Source: Macrostomum lignano
Lineage: Eukaryota
Length of the DNA: 64,000 nucleotides
NCBI GenBank assembly: GCA_002269645.1
Contig: NIVC01002701.1
Span: forward strand, 84,834-148,833
Direction of reading: 5' to 3'
Of this stretch, positions 22,004 through 34,301 are shown piece by piece. Each line of letters starts with the position of its first letter. The stretch's first letter is position 1. The notes below the pieces were generated by a model. That model made no database searches, had not been told where the DNA came from, and was given only the letters and a program-made list of their open reading frames with translations. Position numbers and translations under genes: made by a program.

Positions 22004-22859
22004 CTACTTATCATCTGGCACAAATCTGGATGCACTCCGCATCAGAGAAGACAGTCGGTTGGTCGCTGGTCTCTGACAACGAACTCCAGCGTCAGGCTGC
22101 ATCAAAGAAGCGCACCAGTTGTTGGCGAACTGCTCCACAGCTGCCTGTCGTCTTCTGGAATCGTCCGCAGACGTCAGCAAGCCAAACTGCAACCGGTTCA
22201 GATTGTCTCGAATGTCGGATTTCTCCTTCGACGACATAATCCGCCCCCGGTAGCTGCCCGCGGCCACGCGGATTCGCTCCTGGAGTCGCCTGACCGACGG
22301 GCTGACAGTGGCTGCGAGTAACTCGCCACCAGATCCGGAGCTGACCAGCGGAATTTCACCTGGGCTGTAGCAGCGGTCAGCAATTTGAGATGCACTACTA
22401 CTGCTGCTAATACTAGTAGTATAGTTGCGAGGAAATGCTTGGAATTTTTCTGCAGAACTATTCATGTAGTCCCCCTGCCGATGGTCTGCCAGCAGCTCTG
22501 AGTAGCGGCTCAGTGTTGAAGCGCACTCGGTGCGAGCGCTCTCGCCATCCGAGCGGCATTGGCCTGATGATGAGAAATTGAGTTCACTTTTATCCCACTG
22601 TTGTACTCCCAGATCTGCAGTTGAGTCGGCGGATTTTAGCGTAGCTTCAAACTCCGTTCTGAGACAACCGGAGCGCCCAGTCGATAGGCTCTGAAAGTCT
22701 GCAAAGTTCATTGAAAAAGTATTGATCACGACATTGGAGTCTCTCTCTTAATATTTGCATCTTTACCGCTTACCGGAAGTTTCGCGTTCAAAATCGTCGA
22801 TGTAACTTTGAAGCAGCTGCGTTGCCGAGGTTGGCACTGTTTCATAAATCTGTGGATTT
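22004..22859 (-). CDS. 3' coding exon(s) of an unknown gene (22859-22774 and 22746-22004, separated by a candidate 27-nt intron)
   Basis: Stop-free 740-nt GC-rich ORF; upstream TTGCAG acceptor at 22861-22860. No domain recognised and upstream exons not identified. Confidence 0.5.
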
Positions 22860-22934
22860 CTGCAATATTAATAAACAGTTTTCTAATTTTTCAATAACTT
22901 GACTGTTAAAAACTGAAGTGCTCTCATTTTTACT

Positions 22935-23296
22935 GGGCAGGTCACTTCAGGGACAGGTCACTTCAGGGACAGGTCACTTCAGGAACAAGTCACTCCAAGG
23001 ACAGGTCACTTCAAGGACAGGTCACTCCAGGAACAAGTCACTCTAAAGACAGGTCACTCCAAGGACAGGTCACTTCAAGGACAGGTCACTTCAGGGACAG
23101 GTCATTTCAGGGCAGGTCACATTAAGGGCAGGTCACTTCAGGGACAGGTCACTTCAGGGACAGGTCACTTCAGGGACAGGTCACTTCAGGAACAAGTCAC
23201 TCCAAGGACAGGTCACTTCAAGGACAGGTCACTTCAGGGACAGGTCATTTCAGGGCAGGTCACATTAAGGGCACGTCACTTCAGGGACAAGTCACA
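22935..23296. repeat. 16-bp minisatellite (GGACAGGTCACTTCAG)n, diverged copy
   Basis: Same unit as the array at 26995-27430. Confidence 0.9.
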
Positions 23297-24221
23297 GATA
23301 ATGAGTAGTTTCTGCAACACACTCACAGGTTTATAAGTGACAGATTATAAATGACAAATTCAGTAGGCCAGCTTACCGTTGAAAAGATGCAGGGGGTCCA
23401 TATGAAACAGACCGATTTAAAGAGTTGAAATCACAAGGAAAAAAGCTGCTCAAATTCTGGACAGAATAAGGCACAGTAAGTATTCTCAAGCAATAAACCA
23501 AAGCTACACTGAGGCTTGTATTTAACGGTGTAATGACTTGCTGGCGGAGAGGCATTTTCTATTGCAAGAAACCAAGCTGTGTTCGAGGGCACAATGGCGC
23601 AGGTTGGTTGGCCACTTCAACGTTTTGGAGCCGAGACACCTGCTCATAGAAAGGAATTGGAGGTGGGGCAGAAGCGTCATTTAAAAACGTGTCAAAGGAT
23701 TAAGGTTCGTCTTTTTACAAAGGCTCCGCTGCTTGTCAAAGGCTTAACTAGGCTTTAGCCCAGCTGGAGCTGCTGCCGGAGCTAGGGTGAGAGACTGTAC
23801 GAACTTGCAAAACTGTTAAATGGCTGCGCTGTTCCACTTCACCCAAAGCTGGGTAGAAGAAACGCTATCATAGTCGTGAACAATTAAACAGTGCCATTAG
23901 TCAGAGAGCTTTTTGGCACCAACTACTAATTGGAATAAACTTCTTTAGCACGTAGGAATGAGTTCGGTAAGCGACATCTAGATTCTGGGGGTTTTTTTGA
24001 AAACCTGCACACAAGATCAACTGGACCTGCGTTGCACCTGTATGCTTGAGAAAATTTTGCTTTATTGTTTATGAGTAACAAAGTTACTACGTGCAAATTA
24101 GATGGAGAGCTGCAGTTTTGTAAATTTTGAGTCAGCTTCGAGACAGATGTTTGGCACAGTTTTGTAGCAAATTGCCCCGTGCTTTTTTGAGCGATGGCAC
24201 ACCGACGCCTCTATTAGTTAA

Positions 24222-26382
24222 AGTAGCTCTGCCGCTCTCTACTAGTAGCTCTGCCGCTCTCTACTAATAGCCCTGCCGCTCTCTACTAGTAGCTCTGCCG
24301 CTCTCTACTAGTAGCTCTGCCGCTCTCTACTAGTAGCTCTGCCGCTCTCTACTAATAGCTCTGCCGCTCTCTACTAGTAGCTCTGCCGCTCTCTACTAGT
24401 AGCTCTGCCGCTCTCTACTAGTAGCTCTGCCGCTCTCTACTAATAGCCCTGCCGCTCTCTACTAGTAGCTCTGCCGCTCTCTACTAGTAGCTCTGCCGCT
24501 CTCTACTAGTAGCTCTGCCGCTCTCTACTAATAGCCCTGCCGCTCTCTACTAGTAGCTCTGCCGCTCTCTACTAGTAGCTCTGCCGCTCTCTACTAGTAG
24601 CCCTGCCGCTCTCTACTAGTAGCCCTGCCGCTCTCTACTAATAGCTCTGCCGCTCTCTACTAGTAGCTCTGCCGCTCTCTACTAGTAGCCCTGCCGCTCT
24701 CTACTAGTAGCCCTGCCGCTCTCTACTAATAGCTCTGCCGCTCTCTACTAGTAGCTCTGCCGCTCTCTACTAGTAGCCCTGCCGCTCTCTACTAGTAGCT
24801 CTGCCGCTCTCTACTAGTAGCTCTGCCGCTCTCTACTAGTAGCTCTGCCGCTCTCTACTAGTAGCTCTGCCGCTCTCTACTAGTAGCCCTGCCGCTCTCT
24901 ACTAGTGGCTCTGCCGCTCTCTACTAGTAGCTCTGCCGCTCTCTACTAGTAGCTCTGCCGCTCTCTACTAGTAGCTCTGCCGCTCTCTACTAGTAGCTCT
25001 GCCGATCTCTACTAGTAGCCCTGCCGCTCTCTACTAATAGCCCTGCCGCTCTCTACTAGTAGCTCTGCCGCTCTCTACTAGTAGCCCTGCCGCTCTCTAC
25101 TAGTAGCTCTGCCGCTCTCTACTAGTAGCTTTGCCGCTCTCTACTAGTAGCTCTGCCGCTCTCTAGTAGTAGCTCTGCCGCTCTCTACTAGTAGCTCTGC
25201 CGCTCTCTACTAATAGCTCTGCCGCTCTCTAGTAGTAGCTCTGCCGCTCTCTACTAGTAGCTCTGCCGCTCTCTACTAGTAGCTCTGCCGCTCTCTACTA
25301 GTAGCTCTGCCGCTCTCTACTAGTAGCTCTGCCGCTCTCTACTAGTAGCTCTGCCGCTCTCTACTAATAGCTCTGCCGCTCTCTACTAATAGCTCTGCCG
25401 CTCTCTAGTAGTAGCTCTGCCGCTCTCTACTAGTAGCTCTGCCGCTCTCTACTAGTAGCTCTGCCGCTCTCTACTAATAGCTCTGCCGCTCTCTACTAAT
25501 AGCTCTGCCGCTCTCTAGTAGTAGCTCTGCCGCTCTCTACTAGTAGCTCTGCCGCTCTCTACTAGTAGCTCTGCCGCTCTCTACTAGTAGCTCTGCCGCT
25601 CTCTACTAATAGCTCTGCCGCTCTCTACTAGTAGCTCTGCCGCTCTCTACTAATAGCTCTGCCGCTCTCTACTAATAGCTCTGCCGCTCTCTACTAATAG
25701 CTCTGCCGCTCTCTAGTAGTAGCTCTGCCGCTCTCTACTAGTAGCTCTGCCGCTCTCTAGTAGTAGCTCTGCCGCTCTCTAGTAGTAGCTCTGCCGCTCT
25801 CTACTAGTAGCTCTGCCGCTCTCTACTAGTAGCTCTGCCGCTCTCTACTAGTAGCTCTGCCGCTCTCTACTAGTAGTACTGCCGCTCTCTACTAGTAGCT
25901 CTGCCGCTCTCTACTATAGTAGCTCTGCCGCTCTCTACTAGTAGTACTGCCGCTCTCTACTAGTAGCTCTGTCGCTCTCTATTAGTAGCCCTGCCGCTCT
26001 CTACTAGTAGCTCTGCCGCTCTCTACTAGTAGTACTGCCGCTCTCTACTAGTAGCTCTGTCGCTCTCTATTAGTAGCTCTGCCGCTCTCTACTAGTAGCT
26101 CTGACGCTCTCTACTATAGTAGCTCTGCCGCTCTCTACTATAGTAGCTCTGCCGCTCTCTACTAGTAGTACTGCCGCTCTCTACTAGTAGCTCTGTCGCT
26201 CTCTATTAGTAGCTCTGCCGCTCTCTACTAGTAGCTCTGCCGCTCTCTACTAGTAGTACTGCCGCTCTCTATTAACAGCTCTGCCGCTCTCTACTAATAG
26301 CTCTGCCGCTCTCTACTAGTAGCTCTGCCGCTCTCTACTAGTAGCTCTGCCGCTCTCTACTAGTAGCACTGCCGATCTCTAC
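24222..26382. repeat. 22-bp minisatellite (AGCTCTGCCGCTCTCTACTAGT)n, ~97 copies
   Basis: Directly visible. Confidence 0.97.
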
Positions 26383-26552
26383 AGTATTTTTGTCATAATT
26401 CTAAAATGAATCTGAAATGTGTCAGAGGGGCTACTCGGGTAGGTTTTTGCCATAGACAGTTTTTCGAGTCTATTAAATTCCATTAGAAATCATTGAAATA
26501 CTTGAAATCATTAGATTTCTACACAGATGATAGCTACGTGCAGTGCTAAAGA

Positions 26553-26938
26553 ATGGCACCAACAAAGGAAAGGGCCGATTCCGCTACAGAAAACAACGAT
26601 AAAAAGTTCATTGGATTTTATTTGTCCCTAAGACCTGAGCAAGGCCTGTTAGACAGTTTAATCTACCAGTTCTACTCGAAACTGCTGGACCAGTTGAGGC
26701 TATTTGACACTCTCAAGGTGTTCCTTGACTCCGACTATAACGCTGAGACTTTGACAAAGGAGAAATTTAGACCGAAATTCACCGAGACAACGAATCCGTT
26801 TGTGCGCGATCCTCCGCTGGAGTTCGTTATGTTTCCCGGCGATTACATGCTGGCATTCAGAGACGGCTTTCTGATGTTCCGCATCCTGGAGGAGGCGCTC
26901 AAAGCCAATGGAGAGTCGGCTGAGGCGATTCTGGAGAA
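26553..26938 (+). CDS. Exon 1 of an orphan ~253-aa protein
   Basis: ATG-initiated ORF with globular-type composition, ending at a phase-2 AA|GTAAGT donor. Confidence 0.7.
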
Positions 26939-26994
26939 GTAAGTCTCTTTTCTTGACCTGATTTCTGATTTCCCGTTGGTCACTTCACGTCACT

Positions 26995-27430
26995 TTGAGA
27001 CAGGTCACTTCAGGGACAGGTCACTTCAGGGACAGGTCACTTCAGGGACAGGTCACTTCAGGGACAGGTCACTTCAGGGACAGGTCACTTCAGGGACAGG
27101 TCACTTCAGGGACAGGTCACTTCAGGGACAGGTCACTTCAGGGACAGGTCACTTCAGGGACAGGTCACTTCAGGGACAGGTCACTTCAGGGACAGGTCAC
27201 TTCAGGGACAGGTCACTTCAGGGACAGGTCACTTCAGGGACAGGTCACTTCAGGGACAGGTCACTTCAGGGACAGGTCACTTCAGGGACAGGTCACTTCA
27301 GGGACAGGTCACTTCAGGGACAGGTCACTTCAGGGACAGGTCACTTCAGGGACAGGTCACTTCAGGGACAGGTCACTTCAGGGACAGGTCACTTCAGGGA
27401 CAGGTCACTTCAGGGACAGGTCACTTCAGG
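26995..27430. repeat. 16-bp minisatellite (GGACAGGTCACTTCAG)n, ~27 near-perfect copies, intronic
   Basis: Directly visible. Confidence 0.95.
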
Positions 27431-27526
27431 TCAATTTCGGACAAGTAGAGTTCAAACATCATTCTGGCTTGGAGACTGTGTCACTTTGTTCTTTAATTAA
27501 TACACACGCCAACACCATCCCGTCAG

Positions 27527-27899
27527 GTACGAGACGTACAAAGCAACTAAAGGCGAGAAAGACGCCTACCTTCGGGCCTGCTATTGGTACGTCTGCACTA
27601 ATTTTGTGCACAAATGGCCAATACAATATCAAGTGGCATTTTTTGTCGACTGCCTGCTGTACGGCGAGTGGCAGGTGAGCCACCCTAATCTGATCGGCTT
27701 GCACCTGCTCGCCATAGCCTGGATGATGGGCATCAAAGCGTTCGACAGGTTCGTGCCAGTCGGACTGCGCAAATGCCTCATCATGCTGAAGCCGCCGCTG
27801 GCAGGCCTGAGGGCGGCCCAGGGCATCAAGGTGAGCATTGAGCCGCCTTGGCCCACGACTCGACAGCCGGCTAAGGAGGCGACGCAGAAGTCGAAGTGA
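27527..27899 (+). CDS. Exon 2 of the orphan ~253-aa protein
   Basis: CAG|G acceptor matches phase 2 and gives an open frame KYETYKATKGEKDAYLRACYWYVCTNFVHKW...QKSK*. Confidence 0.7.
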
Positions 27900-28109
27900 C
27901 AGATTTTAATAAAGTGAATGCTTTAAAAATCATATTGTTTTTGGATTACCTGGTAAATATACACACAGTGCAGTGCTACTACAGATAAATCTGGAGAGGA
28001 ATCTATAAATAAGCCACGGAGTTTCACTATTAGAAGCTGGGGTGAAGTCAACGTCCGTATATATTTAGTCTATAAAGTCGAGCTTCTGGGTTTCAAGCTC
28101 TTAATGACG

Positions 28110-28416
28110 TTTTTTTATTGATTACACCTGCCCCAATTTGGGCCGCCTGATGTGCAACCGACAGCTCAGCCGCAGCTATTGCGCGGCGCATCTGAAGGCT
28201 GCGTACGGCTGTTCAGTCCAAGGACTGGGGGGGGGGGGTCGCCACACACACAGCCTCAATTACCCAGCTAATACTGGCACCCATTTTACAGCTGGGTGAA
28301 CTGAAGCAATGCAGAGTTAAGTGAGGACACAAATTGTTCCTGTGGGATTCGGGAATCGAACCCCCGACCTTCAAGTCGTGAGTCCGACGCTAGGCAGCTC
28401 AGTGCTGAACGCACCG
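28110..28416 (-). mobile_element. tRNA-derived CORE-type SINE
   Basis: Minus strand has a B box GGGTTCGATTCCC, then CACTTAACTCTGCATTGCTTCAGTTCACCCAGCTGTAAAATGGG resembling the MIR CORE (ACTTAACCTCTCTGTGCCTCAGTTTCCTCATCTGTAAAATGGG), then an A-rich tail. Confidence 0.65.
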
Positions 28417-28814
28417 GACTCTTGAGCGCTAGCACCCTCCCTTGTTTGTTCGAAATTGAGACACACGTGACCCGTTATGTGCCTGCTCAGCTTGGAGTTA
28501 ATTCGCACGATCACGACCTCAGCAACTGGCGAAATTCTGTTTTCTGCTTCAGCGAGAAGAAGCCAAAAAAAATAATTTTGAGCAACTCCAACACCACTAG
28601 GGTTGTAAATCGTGCCGTGGGAAATTGAAAATTCCAAATTTCCGAAAATCCGCCGCCATTTTTAATTAGCGTTGCTTAGCTGCAGTCTTCCTTCTTGGAG
28701 TCTCTGAAACCTTAATTAAAGAAACGTTTTCTTGTAATTAGCACGCTTGGGACTTGAAGGCGTCCTGTTGATTCACTGGCGCTATATGCTACTACAATAA
28801 GAGCGAAAACTTTA

Positions 28815-29153
<339 letters not shown>

Positions 29154-29760
29154 GTGAAGATATGGGAACGACTGTTTTACTTTCACGACTTCAGAGACTT
29201 TAGTTGGTTTAAAAACTTTATTTGAACATTAGTAAAGAATTGGTAGCTTTAAATTATATAAATCAATTGTTTAATTGTAAACTTCGCTACGAGTAAATTC
29301 ATATTGGAATAAACTTTTTTGCAAACACCAAAGTCAAGGATAAGAGATAGTTGCCAGCGTTTTTATAGTTATCAGTTAAGCTCGAGCGTATAAGCAGAGT
29401 ATTCGCTGGAGGAAAAGCCAAATTAACTAAACTCGTGATTACTATGTTTCAACAAAAAATTCGGCCCACCCACATTTCTAGCATTAAATCAAGTGTCACT
29501 TGCATCGTGCACCTATTAAAAAAGCTATTAGGAAAAGTGTCAGGGGGCGTCAACTTGTTTGTCAGATGAGACGTCAACTTGTTTGTCAGGGAGGGGGGCG
29601 CAAATTTGTTTGTCATGGGGACGCTATAACTTAGGTGTCAGGGCCTAATTAAATTTGCGCCCATACAGGTGTTGCCGTGCATCGAAGCAGCAAAGATCCC
29701 GCAAAATCAGTCTGTTAGTCACGCAATCCCCGAAAAATCCTCAAGTCCTCCGCCATCGTG

Positions 29761-30279
29761 TCAGTCGTCGTCAGCTTTGCAGGCCCTGGTCGAGTCGCAG
29801 TCGCCTGCAGCCGACGTTAAGTCGGTGAACTCAGACATTCTAGTAGGCACACGCGACACTGGCGAGCTGGTCAGCATGGACACAAATTCGGGAAAGTCGA
29901 TCAAGCCATCGCCGTTCGTGTCGACCTCGCGAAGCATTTCCTGGGCGTCGGTCAGGGACACCTCCGCGTGCCCGAGCGCCGACAGGACCTCCTTGAGCTC
30001 GGCGGCGCTGATGTAGCCGTTAGCATCCTTGTCGAACACCCGGAAGGCGGCCAGCAGTTCGTCTTCGGAGTCGTCGCCGCCGACGCCGCGTGTCGGCGAA
30101 GCGCGTCGCGAACCGGACGCGGAGCCGGAGCTCGACTCTCTGGAACTTCGGCGCCGCGGAGGCTGGCGCTCTTTCTTCTTGGCGCCGGTTCGGTCGCGCC
30201 TCCCCGACCGTATGAGCTGGATGAACTCGTCGAACTCGATGGTGCCGTTGCCATCGCGGTCGATTCGACGGAGAAGTTC
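29761..30279 (-). CDS. Calmodulin-like protein exon 2 (EF-hands 2-4); one apparent frameshift near 30200
   Basis: CAG|GAA acceptor; [24 protein letters not shown] and [12 protein letters not shown] loops. EF2 and EF3/4 lie in different frames across a G-run. Confidence 0.85.
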   Translation of the reverse strand, partial: ELLRRIDRDGNGTIEFDEFIQLIRSGRRDRTGAKKKERQPPRRRSSRESSSGSASGSRRASPTRGVGGDDSEDELLAAFRVFDKDANGYISAAELKEVLSALGHAEVSLTDAQEMLREVDTNGDGLIDFPEFVSMLTSSPVSRVPTRMSEFTDLTSAAGDCDSTRACKADDD

Positions 30280-30306
30280 CTGCGATAGAAACGCTTCTTG
30301 GAAAAT

Positions 30307-31041
30307 TAAAGTACACCGCGCACTCGGGGCTGTTTAGTTGGGTTGCTAGGCGATTAGGCCTACTCAGTATTTTTCCCTCTGAGTGGTTCGATAGCTTTAG
30401 CTACAGAATTAAAAAAAACACTTGACTGAACAGACAGGCTAAAAAATCTATTCAGATTTTGTTGCGCTGCCTGATATAGCTCTGTCGACAATATTACGAG
30501 CGTATTTGTTTTACTTTCGCTTAAAAAATATGCGGCAGTTGAAGCAGCCGATGGCATGGGTGCTTTTCAGCCCTTTTGTCGAATCACTTCGCTCTGTTCA
30601 AACTACCAACGCCAACTGGTAAAACCACCCACCCTCCTCCCCAAATGATAAAACCACCCACCCCTCACAAACTGATAAAAACGCCCACCTCTCTTTCCCA
30701 ACTGATAAAATTACCAACCCTCCTTTCCAATTGGTAAAACCACCCACCCTCCTCCCTAAATGATAAAACCACCCACCCCTCACAAACTGATAAAAACGCC
30801 CACCTCTCTTTCCCAACTGATAAAATTACCAACCCTCCTTTCCAATTGATAAAACCACCCACCCTCCTCCCCAAATGATAAAACCTCCCACCCCTCACAA
30901 ACTGATAAAAACACCCACCTCTATTTCCCAAGTGATAGAAGCACCCAATCCTTCTTAGAAAACTAAAGTACACCGCGCACTCGGGGCTGTTTAGTTGGGT
31001 TGCTAGGCGATCAGACCTACTCAGTATTTTCCCTCTGAGTG
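30307..31041. repeat. ~580-bp copy of an intronic segment (homologous to ~33073-33660) flanked by 78-bp direct repeats (30307-30385, 30964-31041)
   Basis: Both homologies are visible by inspection; the segment contains a C-rich AAAACCACCCACCC tandem repeat. Confidence 0.85.
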
Positions 31042-31619
31042 CATGCTAGGGGATTAACGGTATGAGCATGTACAGTTACACTCAGCAACATATCTTAAAG
31101 CTTCCACCCCCGAAATCAGTGATAAACCGTGAACCACCAGGTGTGTGTCACCTGGGGCTGAGACCTGAGAACGGTTGAGCACTGGTTTCAGGGTGGCTAG
31201 CTAACTAGCTACCAGAGCTGAGGCAACTGTAACGTGCCTGTAACGTGTAGCGTGTTTGAGCTGCCGCTTAGCTGCTCTGTATAGCCAGTGAAGGAAGCAT
31301 CCGCCTATTTTGGAATCAGATACAGAAAACTCTGCACCTAAACTTCGTAAACAAGTAAAATCTCCCTGTTTTCATAATCCTTTTACGCCTCAAAATTTCT
31401 GTTTAGATTTCCTGCGTACCGAGCGTACTTCTTGTTTTACAATAATCTTCTAACAAGCAGCGGGCAAGGAAGTCTCGGAAAGCTTTAAATCACTTGAGTC
31501 AATCTTGCAGCGCAGCAAAACTGTGTTACGAGCGTATTTACTTACTGGCTCTGCTTTTGGGGCTTCCCAATCCTTCCTTTCGGTTTCCAAAAGTCCTTTG
31601 TGAGGCATCAGCAAATGAA

Positions 31620-32660
31620 CCTCTGGCTCCTTGTTTAGCGCCACCCTGACTCTTAGTTTAGCGCCACCCGGACTCCTAGATTGGCGCCCACCCTGACTCT
31701 TAGTTTAGTGCCATCCTGTCTCCTAGTTTAGTGCCACCCTGTCTCTTAGTTTAGCGCCACCCTGTCTCCTAGTTTAGTGCCACCCTGTCTCTTAGTTTAG
31801 CGCCACCCTGTCTCCTAGTTTAGTGCCACCCTGTCTCTTAGTTTAGCGCCACCCTGTCTCCTAGTTTGGCGTCCACCCTGATTCTTAGTTTAGCGCCACC
31901 CTGTCTCTTAGTTTAGCGCCACTGTGTCTCCTAGTTTGGCGCCAATCTTGACTCTTAGTTTAGCGCCACCCTGTCTCTTAGTTTAGCGCCACCTTGTCTC
32001 CTAGTTTGGCGCCCACCCTGATTCTTAGTTTAGCGCCACCCTGTCTCCTAGTTTAGCGCCACTGTGTCTCCTAGTTTGGCGCCAATCTTGACTCTTAGTT
32101 TAGCGCCACCCTGTCTCTTAGTTTAGCGCCACCTTGTCTCCTAGTTTGGCGCCCACCCTGATTCTTAGTTTAGCGCCACCCTGTCTCCTAGTTTAGCGCC
32201 ACTGTGTCTCCTAGTTTGGCGCCAATCTTGACTCTTAGTTTAGCGCCACCCTGTCTCTTAGTTTAGCGCCACCCTGTCTCCTAGTTTGGCGCCCACCCTG
32301 ATTCTTAGTTTAGCGCCACCCTGTCTCCTAGTTTAGCGCCACTGTGTCTCCTAGTTTGGCGCCCACCTTGACTCTTAGTTTAGCGCCACCCTGTCTCCTA
32401 ATTTAGCGCCACCCTGTCTCCTAGTTTAGCGCCACTGTGTCTCCTAGTTTGGCGCCAATCTTGACTCCTAGTTTAGCGCCACCCTGTCTCCTAGTTTGGC
32501 GCCCACCTTGACTCTTAGTTTAGCGCCACCCTGTCTCCTAATTTAGCGCCACCCTGTCTCCTAGTTTAGCGCCACCCTGTCTCCTAATTTAGCGCCACCC
32601 TGTCTCCTAATTTAGCGCCACCCTGTCTCCTAGTTTAGCGCCACCCTGTCTCTTAGTTGG
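31620..32660. repeat. 23-24-bp minisatellite (TTTAGCGCCACCCTGTCTCCTAG)n
   Basis: About 44 degenerate copies. Confidence 0.92.
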
Positions 32661-32879
32661 CGCACTCTGACACTGAATTAAGCGACTCTGACGTATAATG
32701 TCGCCATCTGGAGGCCCATGCCTGAGGCTCAAAGTGCAGTCTCAAAGTCTCAAATGGCCTTTCGGACAAGGTTTCGCCCCCCTCAGAGGCATGCAGGGTG
32801 GCGGCGCCCCTCCCCTGGGGAAAGCAATTCTGTCTCTATATTTAGAGACAAAAATAGCGTCTGTTTTGCTTTTACAGCT

Positions 32880-33230
32880 GCAATTTTCTCTATAATCCGC
32901 TAAAAATTTCAATCGACTCAAAAGGCTTGCAGGCAAGTCGCTGTCAAGGCAGTCTGCCTCCATAAAGGAATAATAATTATTTGCTTAAAAACAGCTGCTG
33001 TGTTTACCAATTCTGGCCTCTGCAATTTCGTCGTTAGACAAAGCAGTGAGCTGAGGAATCGAGAAAATAATAGGTTCGATAGCTTTAGCTACAGCATTTA
33101 AAAAAACTCTGCTTGACTGAACAGACTGGCAAAAAAATCTATTCAGATTTCGTATTTTCGTTGCGCTGCTTGATATAACTCTGTCGACAAAATTATTTGT
33201 TTTACTTTCGCTTAAAAACATGCGGCAGTT
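32880..33230 (-). pseudogene. Possible hAT-like transposase remnant
   Basis: Broken frames (LNRFF...FLNAVAKAIEP...SNDEIAEA; DSDLPASLL) loosely resemble hAT C-terminal regions and sit among subterminal-type repeats. Confidence 0.3.
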
Positions 33231-33932
33231 AAAGCAGCCGATGGCATGGGTGCTTTTCAGCCCTTTATAGAATCACTTCGCTCTGTTCAAACTACCAACG
33301 CCAACTGGTAAAACCACCCACCCTCCTCCCCAAATGATAAAACCACCCACCCCTCACATACTGATAAAAACGCCCACCTCTCCTCCCAAACTGATAAAAT
33401 TACCAACCCTCCTTTCCAATTGATAAAACCATCCACCCTCCTCCCCAAATGATACAACCTCCCACCCCTCACATACTGATAAAAACGCCCACCTCTCTTG
33501 CCCAAGTGATAAAACCACCCAACCCTCCTGCTTAAGCGATAAAACCACCCACCCCTCCTCCCCTCCTCCCAAACTGATAAAAACAACCACCCCTCCTCCC
33601 TAACTGATAAAGCCACCCCTTTCCCCACTGGAACGATCACCTACCCTCCCTCACCGATAAAAACAGCCCACTCTTTCTCCCTTCTTTGAGAGGAGAGCCA
33701 CCCCCTCTAAGTTATAATAGAACCAGCCACCCCGCCTCCCCGACTAGCCCTGCAAAACCGACTATTGTGTTAACCTGGTTTCACTTTCATCCTAAACCTC
33801 TTCTCCTCTCCGTGGCTATAAAATTGCCTACAATTCTTAAAGTAGTCTGCCACCTCCTCTATAAAACACAAAATCACTCAATAAATTTCTGCAACTTCTC
33901 TCGTAGAATTCAAACCCATCTTAGTCGCTCAC

Positions 33933-34301
33933 TTTCAACTGCGAGGCGCTGAGCGACAGTCCAACGCAGCGTAGTACAGTGCCCAGTTCCTCGGTAGTAA
34001 TGCACCCGTCGCCATCTTTGTCGAACATTCGAAATGTCTCTTGCAGTACCTGCAGCTCGGTGGCTGACACTAGCAACAGCTCTTCGGCTTCGTCTTCGGC
34101 CTCGGCAGCGGCGGCGGCAGCGACAGCGGGGTCAGCATTAGACGTGGAAGCTTCGTCTTGTTGAGCGTCGCTCTCGTCAGTGCCTCCGTCCAAAGCGCGC
34201 ATAAGTTTTCGGTCCGACAGCATCGACGGCACCCGCTTCTCCAGTTCGTCCTCCTCAGGCGGCGGTCTTCCAGACTTTCTGGCGTTAGAGCTCGTTGCCA
34301 T
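33933..34301 (-). CDS. Calmodulin-like protein exon 1 (acidic N-terminal extension and EF-hand 1)
   Basis: MATSSN...[30 protein letters not shown]; phase-0 AAA|GTGAG donor. Confidence 0.88.
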
